DNA of 64,000 nt from Pseudomonadota bacterium. GTDB taxonomy: Bacteria > Pseudomonadota > Alphaproteobacteria > Rhodobacterales > Rhodobacteraceae. Positions within the stretch are counted from its first letter, which is position 1. Each line of letters opens with the position of its first letter. The stretch lies in NCBI GenBank assembly GCA_040385825.1, contig JAZKGQ010000026.1, positions 3,815-67,814 of the forward strand. The letters run 5' to 3'. The translations under genes and the position numbers were made by a program. Shown here piece by piece: positions 41,207 to 49,760 of the stretch. Under the pieces are notes generated by a model. That model was not told the DNA's origin. It was given only the letters and a program-made list of their open reading frames with translations, and made no database searches.

Positions 41207-41691
41207 TCCTTTTGTGCCTGTTGCTGGCAGGGTGTGCTGCCACGCCGCCCACACCGCGCACGGTGTTTCGCGCAGCGGCGGCCCCGATCTATTCCGCCGC
41301 GGCCTTCGATCTGTCACGGCTGGAGGGCCGCTGGCTGCAAGCCGCCGCGTTCCGTGCGACCACAACAGCCGACTGCGCCCCCGGCGGGGTCGAGTTTGCC
41401 CGCAGCGGCGCAGGGTTGCGGGCCAGCGGGCGGTTGTGCCTGTCGGGGCGCCAGGTGACGGTCAACGGTGCGGTCACGCCCACCGGGCCGGGCCGGTTCG
41501 ATGTTGCGGGTATGGGCGAATGGTGGGTGATCTGGGGCGACGGCGACTATCGCACCCTTGCGATCGGCACGCCCACCGGGGCCTTCGGCTTTGTGCTGGA
41601 CCGGGGGCAGATCTCCGGCGACCGCCTGCGCGCCGCGCGCGAGATATTTGATTTCAATGGCTATTCCACCGACTATCTGAAACCGCTTTAA
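41194..41691 (+). CDS. bacterial lipocalin (Blc-like) lipoprotein
   Basis: Lipobox LLAGC, FDLSRLEGRW (compare FDLxRYxGxWYE), and a C-terminal FGFVLDRGQIS...NGYSTDYL pattern. 13-nt overlap with the upstream gene. Confidence 0.65.
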   Translation: MHRLILLCLLLAGCAATPPTPRTVFRAAAAPIYSAAAFDLSRLEGRWLQAAAFRATTTADCAPGGVEFARSGAGLRASGRLCLSGRQVTVNGAVTPTGPGRFDVAGMGEWWVIWGDGDYRTLAIGTPTGAFGFVLDRGQISGDRLRAAREIFDFNGYSTDYLKPL

Positions 41692-42545
41692 CCGATCTGC
41701 GCCCGCAGACTGCGCAGATGGGCCGCCACATCGCGCGCGCCCACCTCGGCCTCGCGCACCAGATGGTCGAAATGGCTGGTGATCAGGTTCACCCGGTCAC
41801 TGTCGCGGAAGGCGATGTAATGGCTGCCCAGATAGATCACCGCCAGCAGCGGGCCGAACACGGTGACGGGGGCTGAAAACACCCGGCGCGCATCGAACAG
41901 GTAGATCCGCAGCGCCGGATACAACTGATCGGTCAGCGCGATCAGGCGGTCCAGTTGATCCAGCCGCACCTGCGGCGGCAGGCCCGCATAATACCCGGTC
42001 GCCCCGGCGAATGCCGCCAGTTCATGCAGCGGCAGCGCGATTTCATAATCCGACCGCGCGCCGCGCATCCAGTCCAGCCGGTCTTCAAACGCGCCAAGCG
42101 CCTGTTCGGCGGTGCGGCCCAGTTGGGGTTCATACTCCCACGCCACCATGGCGCGGGTTTTCAGCATGTCGGGCAGGGTGGCGGGCACATGGCGGATCTT
42201 GTAGCCCGCAGCCTCGCGGTGCCAGCCAAAGATCGTCTCGTCGATCAGCGCGCGCGGGGCCTCGGTCATGGTCAGCGAGGTGGCCAGCAGATCGGCCAAA
42301 GGCTCGGGCCGGCCCGACAGGCCCAGCAACCAGTCGGCACTGACGCCAAGGCTTTGCGCGCAATCGGCGGCGAGTTGCGCATTGGGCAGGCGCGTGCCCG
42401 CGCCCAGCAGGGCCGATACGGTTGACCTGTCCACCCCCACCAGACGCGCCAGCGCGGATTGCGTGACCCCGCGCGTCGCCATCGCCTCGGACAGGCGCTG
42501 GCGAAACAGGGCAGAGCGGTCGCGTTTGTCGATCATTCCCGGCAT
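41688..42545 (-). CDS. XRE-family HTH transcriptional regulator with uncharacterised C-terminal domain
   Basis: HTH GVTQSALARLVGVDRSTVSALL. Divergent from the desaturase gene. Confidence 0.7.
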   Translation of the reverse strand: MPGMIDKRDRSALFRQRLSEAMATRGVTQSALARLVGVDRSTVSALLGAGTRLPNAQLAADCAQSLGVSADWLLGLSGRPEPLADLLATSLTMTEAPRALIDETIFGWHREAAGYKIRHVPATLPDMLKTRAMVAWEYEPQLGRTAEQALGAFEDRLDWMRGARSDYEIALPLHELAAFAGATGYYAGLPPQVRLDQLDRLIALTDQLYPALRIYLFDARRVFSAPVTVFGPLLAVIYLGSHYIAFRDSDRVNLITSHFDHLVREAEVGARDVAAHLRSLRAQIG

Positions 42546-42648
42546 GTGGTGGCTTTACAAAACAGACGTGGCATTTTGTTTGCAATGTTCGGGATTCCGG
42601 ACAGCAAAAGCAAGTGATATGAAAACCCTGTGAATACCGGAGTTTGCC

Positions 42649-43632
42649 GTGCGATCTGCCCCCCCGATGTCTGCCTCCCCAACACCTGCCCCCTTCCCGG
42701 CTGCGCGCGATATAGAGTGGCCGACCTTGCTGATCATGGGGCTGACCTATCTGGTCTGGGGGCTGGCGACGACGGCGCTGTGGGGCCTTTCGCCGCTGCT
42801 GGCCATCGTCGTGACCGGGCTGTGCATCACCCAGTTTTCCTCTTTGCAGCACGAGGTCCTGCACGGCCACCCGTTCCGCAGCACGGCGCTGAACGCGGCG
42901 CTGGTCTGGCCCGCGCTGACGCTGACGGTGCCCTATGGCCGGTTCCGCGACACCCATCTGGCGCATCACTACGACCCCAACCTGACCGACCCCTATGATG
43001 ACCCCGAGTCCAACTATTGTGACCCGGCGGTCTGGGGCCGCATGGCGCCGCCGCTGCGCGCCATGCTGCGGATCAACAACACCTTGCTGGGGCGGATGAT
43101 GCTGGGGCCGATCATTGGCAATGCCTTGTGGCTGTCGGGCGAGGCGCGGCTTGTGCGGGCGGGGGACCGGGCGGTGCGGCGGGACTGGCTGCTGCATCTG
43201 GCGGGGCTGGTTCCGGTGGTCGCCTGGCTGTGGGTCGCGCCGATGACGGGGTGGGGCTATCTGGCTGCGGCCTATCTGGGCCATGCGCTGCTGAAAATCC
43301 GCACTTATCTGGAACATCGCGCCCATATCCATGCCCGCAGCCGAACCGTGGTGGTCGAGGACCGTGGCCCGCTGGCCCTGTTGTTTCTGAACAACAATTA
43401 CCATTCGGTGCATCACAGCCACCCGTCGGTGCCCTGGTATCGCCTGCCTGCGCTGTTCCGCGCCAACCGCAGTCATTTCCTGCGCCGCAATGATGGCTAC
43501 TATTTTGCGTCCTACCTGCCGGTGTTCCGCGACTATCTGCTGCGCCAGAAAGACCCGGTGGCGCATCCGGTCTGGCCGGTGGTGAAATCCGCCGACCTAG
43601 AGGATGCGGCGAAAGACCGGCATGTCGCCTGA
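42649..43632 (+). CDS. membrane fatty acid desaturase
   Basis: Three His boxes: HEVLHGH, HLAHHYDP, HSVHHSHP. GTG start from the track; an ATG 18 nt downstream is possible. Confidence 0.85.
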   Translation: MRSAPPMSASPTPAPFPAARDIEWPTLLIMGLTYLVWGLATTALWGLSPLLAIVVTGLCITQFSSLQHEVLHGHPFRSTALNAALVWPALTLTVPYGRFRDTHLAHHYDPNLTDPYDDPESNYCDPAVWGRMAPPLRAMLRINNTLLGRMMLGPIIGNALWLSGEARLVRAGDRAVRRDWLLHLAGLVPVVAWLWVAPMTGWGYLAAAYLGHALLKIRTYLEHRAHIHARSRTVVVEDRGPLALLFLNNNYHSVHHSHPSVPWYRLPALFRANRSHFLRRNDGYYFASYLPVFRDYLLRQKDPVAHPVWPVVKSADLEDAAKDRHVA

Positions 43633-44241
43633 ATTGTCAAAGAACGGCACCCCCGGCTGCACCTCGCCTGCCAGTATCGCCTGAACTTCGGCCAGCACGA
43701 CTTCGGTGATGAAGGGCAGATCAAGGCGGCGGACCTGATCCAGACCCACCCAATGCAGATGCGACAGCTCGTCCGAGGCGGCGGTGAAATCCTGCGCATC
43801 GCCCGCGACATGGCGGGCAGGCACCAGAAAGAACCGCGCATCAAAGCGGCGCGGGCGGCCCGGCGGGGTGATGGCGCGAAAGACAAACCGCAGCGCCGGC
43901 GCATCCGTCAGCGTCAGGCGCAACCCGGTTTCCTCGTGCAACTCGCGCAGGGCGGCGGTGGCAAGGGCGGCAGGGGTGGGCGCACCGGGGGGGCACAGCG
44001 CCGCCAGCCGCGCGGCACAGCCCGGATCCAGCGCAATATCTTGCGGCGCGTCGCGGTCGCCCGCATCCACCCCGCCGCCCGGAAACACATATTTCGACGG
44101 CATGAACACCGCCCCCGCGCCGCGCAACCCCATCAGAACCTGCGGGCCTGCGGGGCCGTCGCGCCACAGGATCACCGTGGCGGCAGGGCGGATCGCGTCA
44201 GGCACCCGGCAGCCCGCTTGGGGCCGGGCCGCCAAAGCCAT
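43597..44241 (-). CDS. NUDIX hydrolase
   Basis: Nudix box GGGVDAGD...ALRELHEETGL. Overlaps the desaturase 3' end by 36 nt (convergent). Confidence 0.75.
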   Translation of the reverse strand: MALAARPQAGCRVPDAIRPAATVILWRDGPAGPQVLMGLRGAGAVFMPSKYVFPGGGVDAGDRDAPQDIALDPGCAARLAALCPPGAPTPAALATAALRELHEETGLRLTLTDAPALRFVFRAITPPGRPRRFDARFFLVPARHVAGDAQDFTAASDELSHLHWVGLDQVRRLDLPFITEVVLAEVQAILAGEVQPGVPFFDNSGDMPVFRRIL

Positions 44242-44680
44242 GCATCCGCTTGGCCCATTGCAGCGCGACCAGCGCCCCCTTCAGGCGCGGCAGCAGATAC
44301 AGCGACAGTGCCACGGTGCCGACCGAAAATACCGCCGACAGCACCAGCGGATCGGGCCGCCAGCGGATGAAGGAATACAGGATCAGCGGCGCCATCAGAT
44401 GCCCCACGATCAGGATGGTCAGATAGGCCGGCCCGTCATCGGCGCGCTGATGATGCAGCGCCTCGCCGCAGACGGGGCAACTGTCGCGCACCTTCAGATA
44501 GCCGCGCAGCATCGGCCCTGCGCCGCAACTGGGGCACTTGCGCCGCCAGCCGCGCCACATGGCGGGCTTCAGCGGACGTTCGCCGTTTTCGTCTTCGGTC
44601 AGGGTCTGGGGCAGAAGGGTGGGCATGTGCGTCTCGATCCAAAGCGCGGCTTTCCTGCCGGGGGCGGTTTGTTCAGTCAT
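44198..44680 (-). CDS. DUF983 zinc-ribbon membrane protein
   Basis: CPSCGAGPMLRGYLKVRDSCPVCGE...DDGPAYLTILIVGH. Start trimmed to MTEQTAPG. Confidence 0.75.
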   Translation of the reverse strand: MTEQTAPGRKAALWIETHMPTLLPQTLTEDENGERPLKPAMWRGWRRKCPSCGAGPMLRGYLKVRDSCPVCGEALHHQRADDGPAYLTILIVGHLMAPLILYSFIRWRPDPLVLSAVFSVGTVALSLYLLPRLKGALVALQWAKRMHGFGGPAPSGLPGA

Positions 44681-44829
44681 AGCCCAGACCGCAGGCAAAG
44701 TTGAGAGGGCGCAGGCCACCTGTGTCCCGATGTCGCAAAATACTGCGACGGAAAGCCCGGACTGCGGCGTTTGACCTGACACAAGGGACAGCAACGACGC
44801 CGCCCCTGATGACAACCGGAGACGTGAGA

Positions 44830-45432
44830 ATGACCCCGAACACCCCTGACACCGACGCAACCCCGGATACCGCCCGCGCGGCGACGCCGAAAACCCTGTC
44901 GACGCGCCTGCGCGGCGTGCTGGCCCCCAGGACGCTGGCGATGATGGCGCTGGCGGGCGTGACGGCTGCGGCCCTGACCACCACCGCGATGGCGGAACGC
45001 GGGCCTGGCCCGGACGGCGGCGGCGAAGGGCATGGTCCCTTCTCGATGCAGAACTTCGACACCATCGACGCCGACAAGGATGGCAAGATCACCCAGGCCG
45101 AGCTTGACAGCTTTCGCAAGGCCGAGATTGCCAGCGCCGACACCAATGCCGACGGTTTCATGACGGCAGAGGAACTGGCCGGGATGAACCTGAAGCGCAT
45201 GACCGAACGAGCGACGGACATGGCCACCAAAATGGTCGAAACTCTGGATTCCGATGCCGATGGCAAGCTGTCGGCGGCGGAAATGACTGCCCGCCCGATG
45301 CCTGCCAGACCGTTCGACCGCATCGATGCTGACGATGATGGCGCGATCACCAAGGCCGAAGCACAGGCCGCGGCCGACCGCATGGCCGAAGGCGGCCGCG
45401 GCAAGAAAAAGCACCAGGGCGACAACGACTGA
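44830..45432 (+). CDS. secreted EF-hand calcium-binding protein (four EF loops)
   Basis: Loops DADKDGKITQAE, DTNADGFMTAEE, DSDADGKLSAAE and DADDDGAITKAE, after a signal/TM segment. Confidence 0.75.
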   Translation: MTPNTPDTDATPDTARAATPKTLSTRLRGVLAPRTLAMMALAGVTAAALTTTAMAERGPGPDGGGEGHGPFSMQNFDTIDADKDGKITQAELDSFRKAEIASADTNADGFMTAEELAGMNLKRMTERATDMATKMVETLDSDADGKLSAAEMTARPMPARPFDRIDADDDGAITKAEAQAAADRMAEGGRGKKKHQGDND

Positions 45433-45443
45433 CCTGGTGTTTC

Positions 45444-45487
45444 CCCTCCGGAGGCGTCCCGATCCCCTGCCTCCGGGGGGTGTTTTT
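45444..45487 (+). terminator. rho-independent terminator after the EF-hand gene
   Basis: 12-bp GC stem (ccctccggaggc / gcctccgggggg, one G-U pair), 13-nt loop, followed by TGTTTTT. Confidence 0.75.
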
Positions 45488-45538
45488 CCGGCTGTGATGT
45501 TTGCGATCCGGTCCGAAACAGGGTAATCCGGACAGAGG

Positions 45539-46135
45539 ATGGATATGGCTCTTGATCTTGCCGCAGTCTCGGATGAGGCGTTGATGGTGCTGTATGCCAA
45601 CGGCGACCCTGCGGCTGCGCGCACCCTGACGCTGCGCCTGACGCCCCGGATTCTGGGCTATGCCGCCCGGATACTGGGCGGCGACCGGGCCGAGGCCGAA
45701 GATGTGGCGCAAGAGGCCATGCTGCGGCTGTGGCGGGTGGCGCCCGACTGGCGGCAGGATGAGGCGCGGGTCAGCACCTGGGCCTACCGGGTGGTGACAA
45801 ACCTGTGCACCGACCGCCTGCGCCGCCGCGTGCGCAGACCTGCGACCGCGCTGGACGATGCACCCGAAGTGGCGTCCGGGGCAGCGGGGGCGGTGGCGGG
45901 CCTGATCGAGGCCGACCGCATGGCGGCGTTGCAGACCGCGCTGTCGGCCCTGCCGGACCGCCAGCGGCAGGCGGTGGTGTTGCGTCACATCGAGGGGATG
46001 TCGAACCCCGAGATTGCCGCCATCATGGATCTGGGGGTCGAGGCCGTGGAAAGCCTGACCGCCCGTGGCAAGCGCAGCCTTGCGGCCCTGTTGTCAGGGC
46101 AGCGCGAGGCCCTGGGATATGAGGATAGCGAATGA
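45539..46135 (+). CDS. ECF-type RNA polymerase sigma factor
   Basis: Region 2 (AEDVAQEAMLRLW, TWAYRVVTNLCTDRLRRR) and region 4 (QRQAVVLRHIEGMSNPEIAAIMDLGVEAVESL). Confidence 0.85.
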   Translation: MDMALDLAAVSDEALMVLYANGDPAAARTLTLRLTPRILGYAARILGGDRAEAEDVAQEAMLRLWRVAPDWRQDEARVSTWAYRVVTNLCTDRLRRRVRRPATALDDAPEVASGAAGAVAGLIEADRMAALQTALSALPDRQRQAVVLRHIEGMSNPEIAAIMDLGVEAVESLTARGKRSLAALLSGQREALGYEDSE

Positions 46136-46521
46136 CCGTTCCCCCGAAGACGACCGATCCTGCGGCAGGTGACGATCTGGACCTGCTGTTTGCCGCTGCG
46201 GCCCAGGCTCCGCTGCTGCCGTCCGATGCGCTGCTGGCGCGGGTGCTGGCCGATGCGGTGACCCATCAGCCGCCCGCGGCGGCGCCCCGGCCCGCCCTGC
46301 GCGCGGCGGCGGCCCGGCGTCCGGGCTTCTGGACCCGGCTTGCCGCCGCTGTGGGCGGGGCTGGGGTGCTGGCGGGTCTTGGCTCGGCCGCGATGGCCGG
46401 GGTGATGATCGGCTTTGCCGAACCTGCCGCCCTGTCGATGGTGACCGGCGGCATCTATGAAACGACGCTGGATGCGGTGGATCTTGTGCCATCGTTCGAT
46501 CCGTTCCTGACCGAAGGCTGA
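46132..46521 (+). CDS. putative single-pass membrane anti-sigma factor
   Basis: ATGA overlap with the sigma gene and one TM segment (GGAGVLAGLGSAAMAGVMIGF). Call is by position only. Confidence 0.45.
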   Translation: MTVPPKTTDPAAGDDLDLLFAAAAQAPLLPSDALLARVLADAVTHQPPAAAPRPALRAAAARRPGFWTRLAAAVGGAGVLAGLGSAAMAGVMIGFAEPAALSMVTGGIYETTLDAVDLVPSFDPFLTEG

Positions 46522-46537
46522 TGCGAGGGTTGATGAC

Positions 46538-47074
46538 ATGACACCGACAGATGGTCCCGCTGTGCCGCCTGCTGGAGCGGAGCCTGTGAAACCCCCGGCC
46601 CCCCGCTGGATGAAGGCTGCGCTGGCGGTTTCCGTGGCGGTGAACCTTGCCGTGGCGGGGCTGGTGGCCGGGGCCGTGCTGAAGGACGGCCCGCCGCACC
46701 GGGCGGCGGCGGGGCAGGATTTCGGCTTTGGTCCCTTCACCGACGCGCTGTCAAAGGCAGACCGCGCGGCGCTGCGGCAGGGGTTTCTGTCCGCCGCCCC
46801 CGAGTTTCGGGACCAGCGCCGCCAGGCGCGCGCCGAGTTCGACGGCGTGCTGGCGGCGCTGCGGGCCGTACCCTTCGATGCGCCGGGCTTGCGCGCCCTG
46901 CTGGATGCCCAACATGCCCGCGCGATGTCGCGGTTCGAGATTGGCCGCACGCTGATCTATGACCGGATCACCGCCATGACCCCCGAGGACCGGGCGGCCT
47001 TTGCCGACCGGCTGGAGCAGGGCATGAAACGCGGCCCGAAGGATCGCATGAAAGACCGGCCCCTGGGCGGCTGA
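46538..47074 (+). CDS. periplasmic Spy/CpxP-like (heavy-metal-sensor family) protein
   Basis: N-terminal TM/signal, then helical repeats (DRAALRQGF...FRDQRRQARAEF...). Third gene of the ECF module. Confidence 0.55.
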   Translation: MTPTDGPAVPPAGAEPVKPPAPRWMKAALAVSVAVNLAVAGLVAGAVLKDGPPHRAAAGQDFGFGPFTDALSKADRAALRQGFLSAAPEFRDQRRQARAEFDGVLAALRAVPFDAPGLRALLDAQHARAMSRFEIGRTLIYDRITAMTPEDRAAFADRLEQGMKRGPKDRMKDRPLGG

Positions 47075-47108
47075 CGCCGAGGCGGCGATCCGCGCGATTT
47101 GCGGGCTG

Positions 47109-48506
47109 TCAGGCTGCTGTCCGGCTGAAGGTCACCTGATTGCGCCCCGCCGCCTTCGAGGTCATCAAGGCGCGGTCCGCCCGGTCCACCATGTCTGACA
47201 CATGATCAGCCCCCCGCTGGCCTGCGACGTGACCGGGCACCGAAACCGCAACCCCGATGGAGACAGTCACCGACAGCGCCTGCCCGCCGCCGATGCGCAT
47301 GGGCAATTCCTCGATCGCGTGACACAGCCGTTCGGCCACGCCGCGGGCTTCGTCCAGGTCGGTGGCGGGCAGGGCGATCAGAAATTCCTCGCCCCCGATG
47401 CGGGCCAGCAGATCGTCGGCGCGCAGATTGACCGACAGCCGCCGCGCCACTTCGACCAGCACGCAATCGCCGGCCGCATGGCCGAAGCGGTCGTTGACCG
47501 ACTTGAACCTGTCCAGATCAATCACCATCACGGCAAACTGCGCGCCCGACACCGCCGCCTCCTCGGCGATGGTCACCAGATGCGGCAGCGCAAAGCGCCG
47601 GTTGTACAGCCCGGTCAGCGGGTCGATCATCGCCATGCGCAGCCCCGTCTGCACCGAGGCCCGTGCCCTGTCACCCTGTCGTTTGCGGCGCAGCAGGCTG
47701 CGCAGGCGCAGCACCAGTTCGCGCCCCGTCACATCGGCGGGCACGATGTCATTGGCGCCCAGATCAAAGGCCATCGCCGCCGTATCGCCGCCATCCTGCG
47801 CGCCCAGGATGCAGACGGCGGCATGGCGGGTGGTGCTGCGGCTGTGCAGGTCGGACATCAGGCGCAACCCGCCGCCCGGCCCGCCAAGATCGGCCTCGAT
47901 CATGAACACGTCGGGGGCTGTGCCATCGCCGCCGTCGGCCAGCACGTCTTCGCGCGACAGGATGATCACCCGGTCCGACATCAGCGATTGCAGTTCGCGC
48001 CGCCAGCGCAGGGCCGCGTCCGCCCGGTCGGCCACCAGCGCGATGGTGGCGGGGCGTTCAAACACCGGCGCCGCCTCGGCCAGACCATAGGCGTCCGCCC
48101 GCAACCGGGCCTGCCCGGTGCCGAACCCTTCGCCGTCGCGCCCGCGCAGCAGGTTGCGCAGGCGTGCCAGCAGGGTCTGTTCGTCGAAGGGTTTGGTCAG
48201 CACATCATCCGCCCCGGCCTGCAAGGCCGCCAGCCGGGCATCGGCATCCTGGCTTGCGGTCAGCACCACCACGGGAATGTCGCGGGTCAGCGGGTCGGCA
48301 CGCAGGCGGCGCAGCACCTCTGCCCCCGGAATGTCGGGCAGCATCAGGTCCAGCAAGATCAGATCCGGGCTTTCCGACCGGGCAAGGCGCAGGCAGCTTT
48401 CCCCGTCAGCCGCAAGGATCGGCTGATAGAACGCCGCCCCCAGCTTGACCTTATAGACGATCCGGTTGGTCGCCAGATCGTCAACGATGAGAACCTTGCC
48501 ATCCAT
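47109..48506 (-). CDS. pleD: PleD-type response regulator diguanylate cyclase (REC-REC-GGDEF)
   Basis: First REC LILLDLMLPDIPG, a degenerate second REC, I-site RADD five residues before GGEEF. Confidence 0.85.
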   Translation of the reverse strand: MDGKVLIVDDLATNRIVYKVKLGAAFYQPILAADGESCLRLARSESPDLILLDLMLPDIPGAEVLRRLRADPLTRDIPVVVLTASQDADARLAALQAGADDVLTKPFDEQTLLARLRNLLRGRDGEGFGTGQARLRADAYGLAEAAPVFERPATIALVADRADAALRWRRELQSLMSDRVIILSREDVLADGGDGTAPDVFMIEADLGGPGGGLRLMSDLHSRSTTRHAAVCILGAQDGGDTAAMAFDLGANDIVPADVTGRELVLRLRSLLRRKRQGDRARASVQTGLRMAMIDPLTGLYNRRFALPHLVTIAEEAAVSGAQFAVMVIDLDRFKSVNDRFGHAAGDCVLVEVARRLSVNLRADDLLARIGGEEFLIALPATDLDEARGVAERLCHAIEELPMRIGGGQALSVTVSIGVAVSVPGHVAGQRGADHVSDMVDRADRALMTSKAAGRNQVTFSRTAA

Positions 48507-48638
48507 CCGCGTCTGCCCAAGCCCCGCTGTGTCACTTCTCCTCCATCTGACGCCGATTTGGTTAAGAAAACCTTTCCGCTTTGGTCACAGACATGCGAGG
48601 TCAGGGCCGATGACAGGTGAAATGCGGGAAAAACCATC

Positions 48639-48917
48639 ATGATGCGGCAGGAATCCGCCGAAACCATCGCCTTGCAGGCGCTAGGCTGGCTGGCTGGCAA
48701 TGACGATCTGTTTCCAACCTTTCTCGGGTCGACCGGGGCCGCCCCGTCCGAGATTGCGCAACGCGCCGCCGAGCCTGCCTTTCTGGCTTCGGTTCTGGAC
48801 TTTCTGCTGATGGATGATGCCTGGATCATCGCCTTTTGCGATGCGGCGGGTCTTGCCTATACCGACCCGCGCAATGCCCGCGCGGTGATGCCCGGCGGCG
48901 AGGCAAGCTGGAGCTGA
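48639..48917 (+). CDS. DUF3572 protein
   Basis: 92 aa; ALQALGWLAGNDDL...FLASVLDFLLMDDAW pattern. Divergent from pleD, as is common in alphaproteobacteria. Confidence 0.7.
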   Translation: MMRQESAETIALQALGWLAGNDDLFPTFLGSTGAAPSEIAQRAAEPAFLASVLDFLLMDDAWIIAFCDAAGLAYTDPRNARAVMPGGEASWS

Positions 48918-48968
48918 TTGCATTTCGCCCGCCCGCCCGCCACAGTCGCATCCAAGCAGGAGACACCC

Positions 48969-49664
48969 ATGATCGACGCGGTACTTTTCGACAAGGACGG
49001 CACGCTTTTCGACTTTCGCGCCAGCTGGGGCGGGTGGGCGCGGGCCTATCTGACCAGCATCGCGCGTGACGCGGCCCATGCCGCGGCCATGGGGCGGGCG
49101 ATCGGCTATGACATGGCGTCGGGGCAGTTTGCCCGCGACTCGGTGGTGATCGCGGCAACCTCGGCCGAAATCGCGGCGGCGCTGCTGCCGCATCTGCCGG
49201 GCAAGACCCAAGGCGAGATCAGCGCCCATATCAACGCCACCGCCGCAGGGGCCGCGATGTCGCAGGCGGTGCCGCTGAAACCCCTGCTTGCGGCGCTGAA
49301 GGCGCGGGGTCTGAAGGTGGGGCTTGCGACCAACGATTTTGAAGCCGCCGCCCGCGCCCATCTGGCCGCGCATGACATCACCGCCTATTTCGATTTCATC
49401 GCGGGCTATGACAGCGGCCATGGGGCCAAGCCCGGCCCCGGCATGTGCCTTGGCTTTGCCCGCGCCGTCGGGGTGGACGCTGCCCGCATCGCCATGGTCG
49501 GCGACAGCACCCATGATCTGGAGGCCGGCCGCGCCGCCGGGATGCGCACGATTGCCGTCTTGACAGGCATTGCCGGGGCCGAGGAACTGCGGGCCTTGTC
49601 GGATGTGGTCTTGCCCGATATCGGTGACATTCCGGGCTGGCTGGATCAGCTTTCGGCGGCCTGA
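48969..49664 (+). CDS. HAD-superfamily hydrolase (phosphoglycolate phosphatase-like)
   Basis: Motif I LFDKDGTLFDF, and motif IV-like MVGDSTHDLEAGRAAG. Confidence 0.8.
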   Translation: MIDAVLFDKDGTLFDFRASWGGWARAYLTSIARDAAHAAAMGRAIGYDMASGQFARDSVVIAATSAEIAAALLPHLPGKTQGEISAHINATAAGAAMSQAVPLKPLLAALKARGLKVGLATNDFEAAARAHLAAHDITAYFDFIAGYDSGHGAKPGPGMCLGFARAVGVDAARIAMVGDSTHDLEAGRAAGMRTIAVLTGIAGAEELRALSDVVLPDIGDIPGWLDQLSAA

Positions 49665-49760
49665 GCCTGCGGCCTGCCAAAAACGACACAATCATGTCGC
49701 AAACGCAGGTCGCATTGCGGTGCGGCATCGTTCATCCTTGGACAGAGTGAAGCCGGAGGG

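Noticed and set aside
41688-42545. XRE-family regulator as the ScfR/PccR protein that would bind the TTTGCAAA boxes
   Set aside because: At 285 aa it is too short. It lacks the ImmA-like metallopeptidase HExxH and the DUF2083-length C-terminus of ScfR proteins. It is positioned as the local regulator of the divergent desaturase.
48560-48600. Possible CtrA box (ggTTAAgaaaaccTTTCc) in the pleD/DUF3572 divergent region. Similar TTAA-containing strings occur at 17265 and 19411.
   Set aside because: The second half-site does not match TTAA(C). Single TTAA occurrences in AT-richer spacers are expected by chance.
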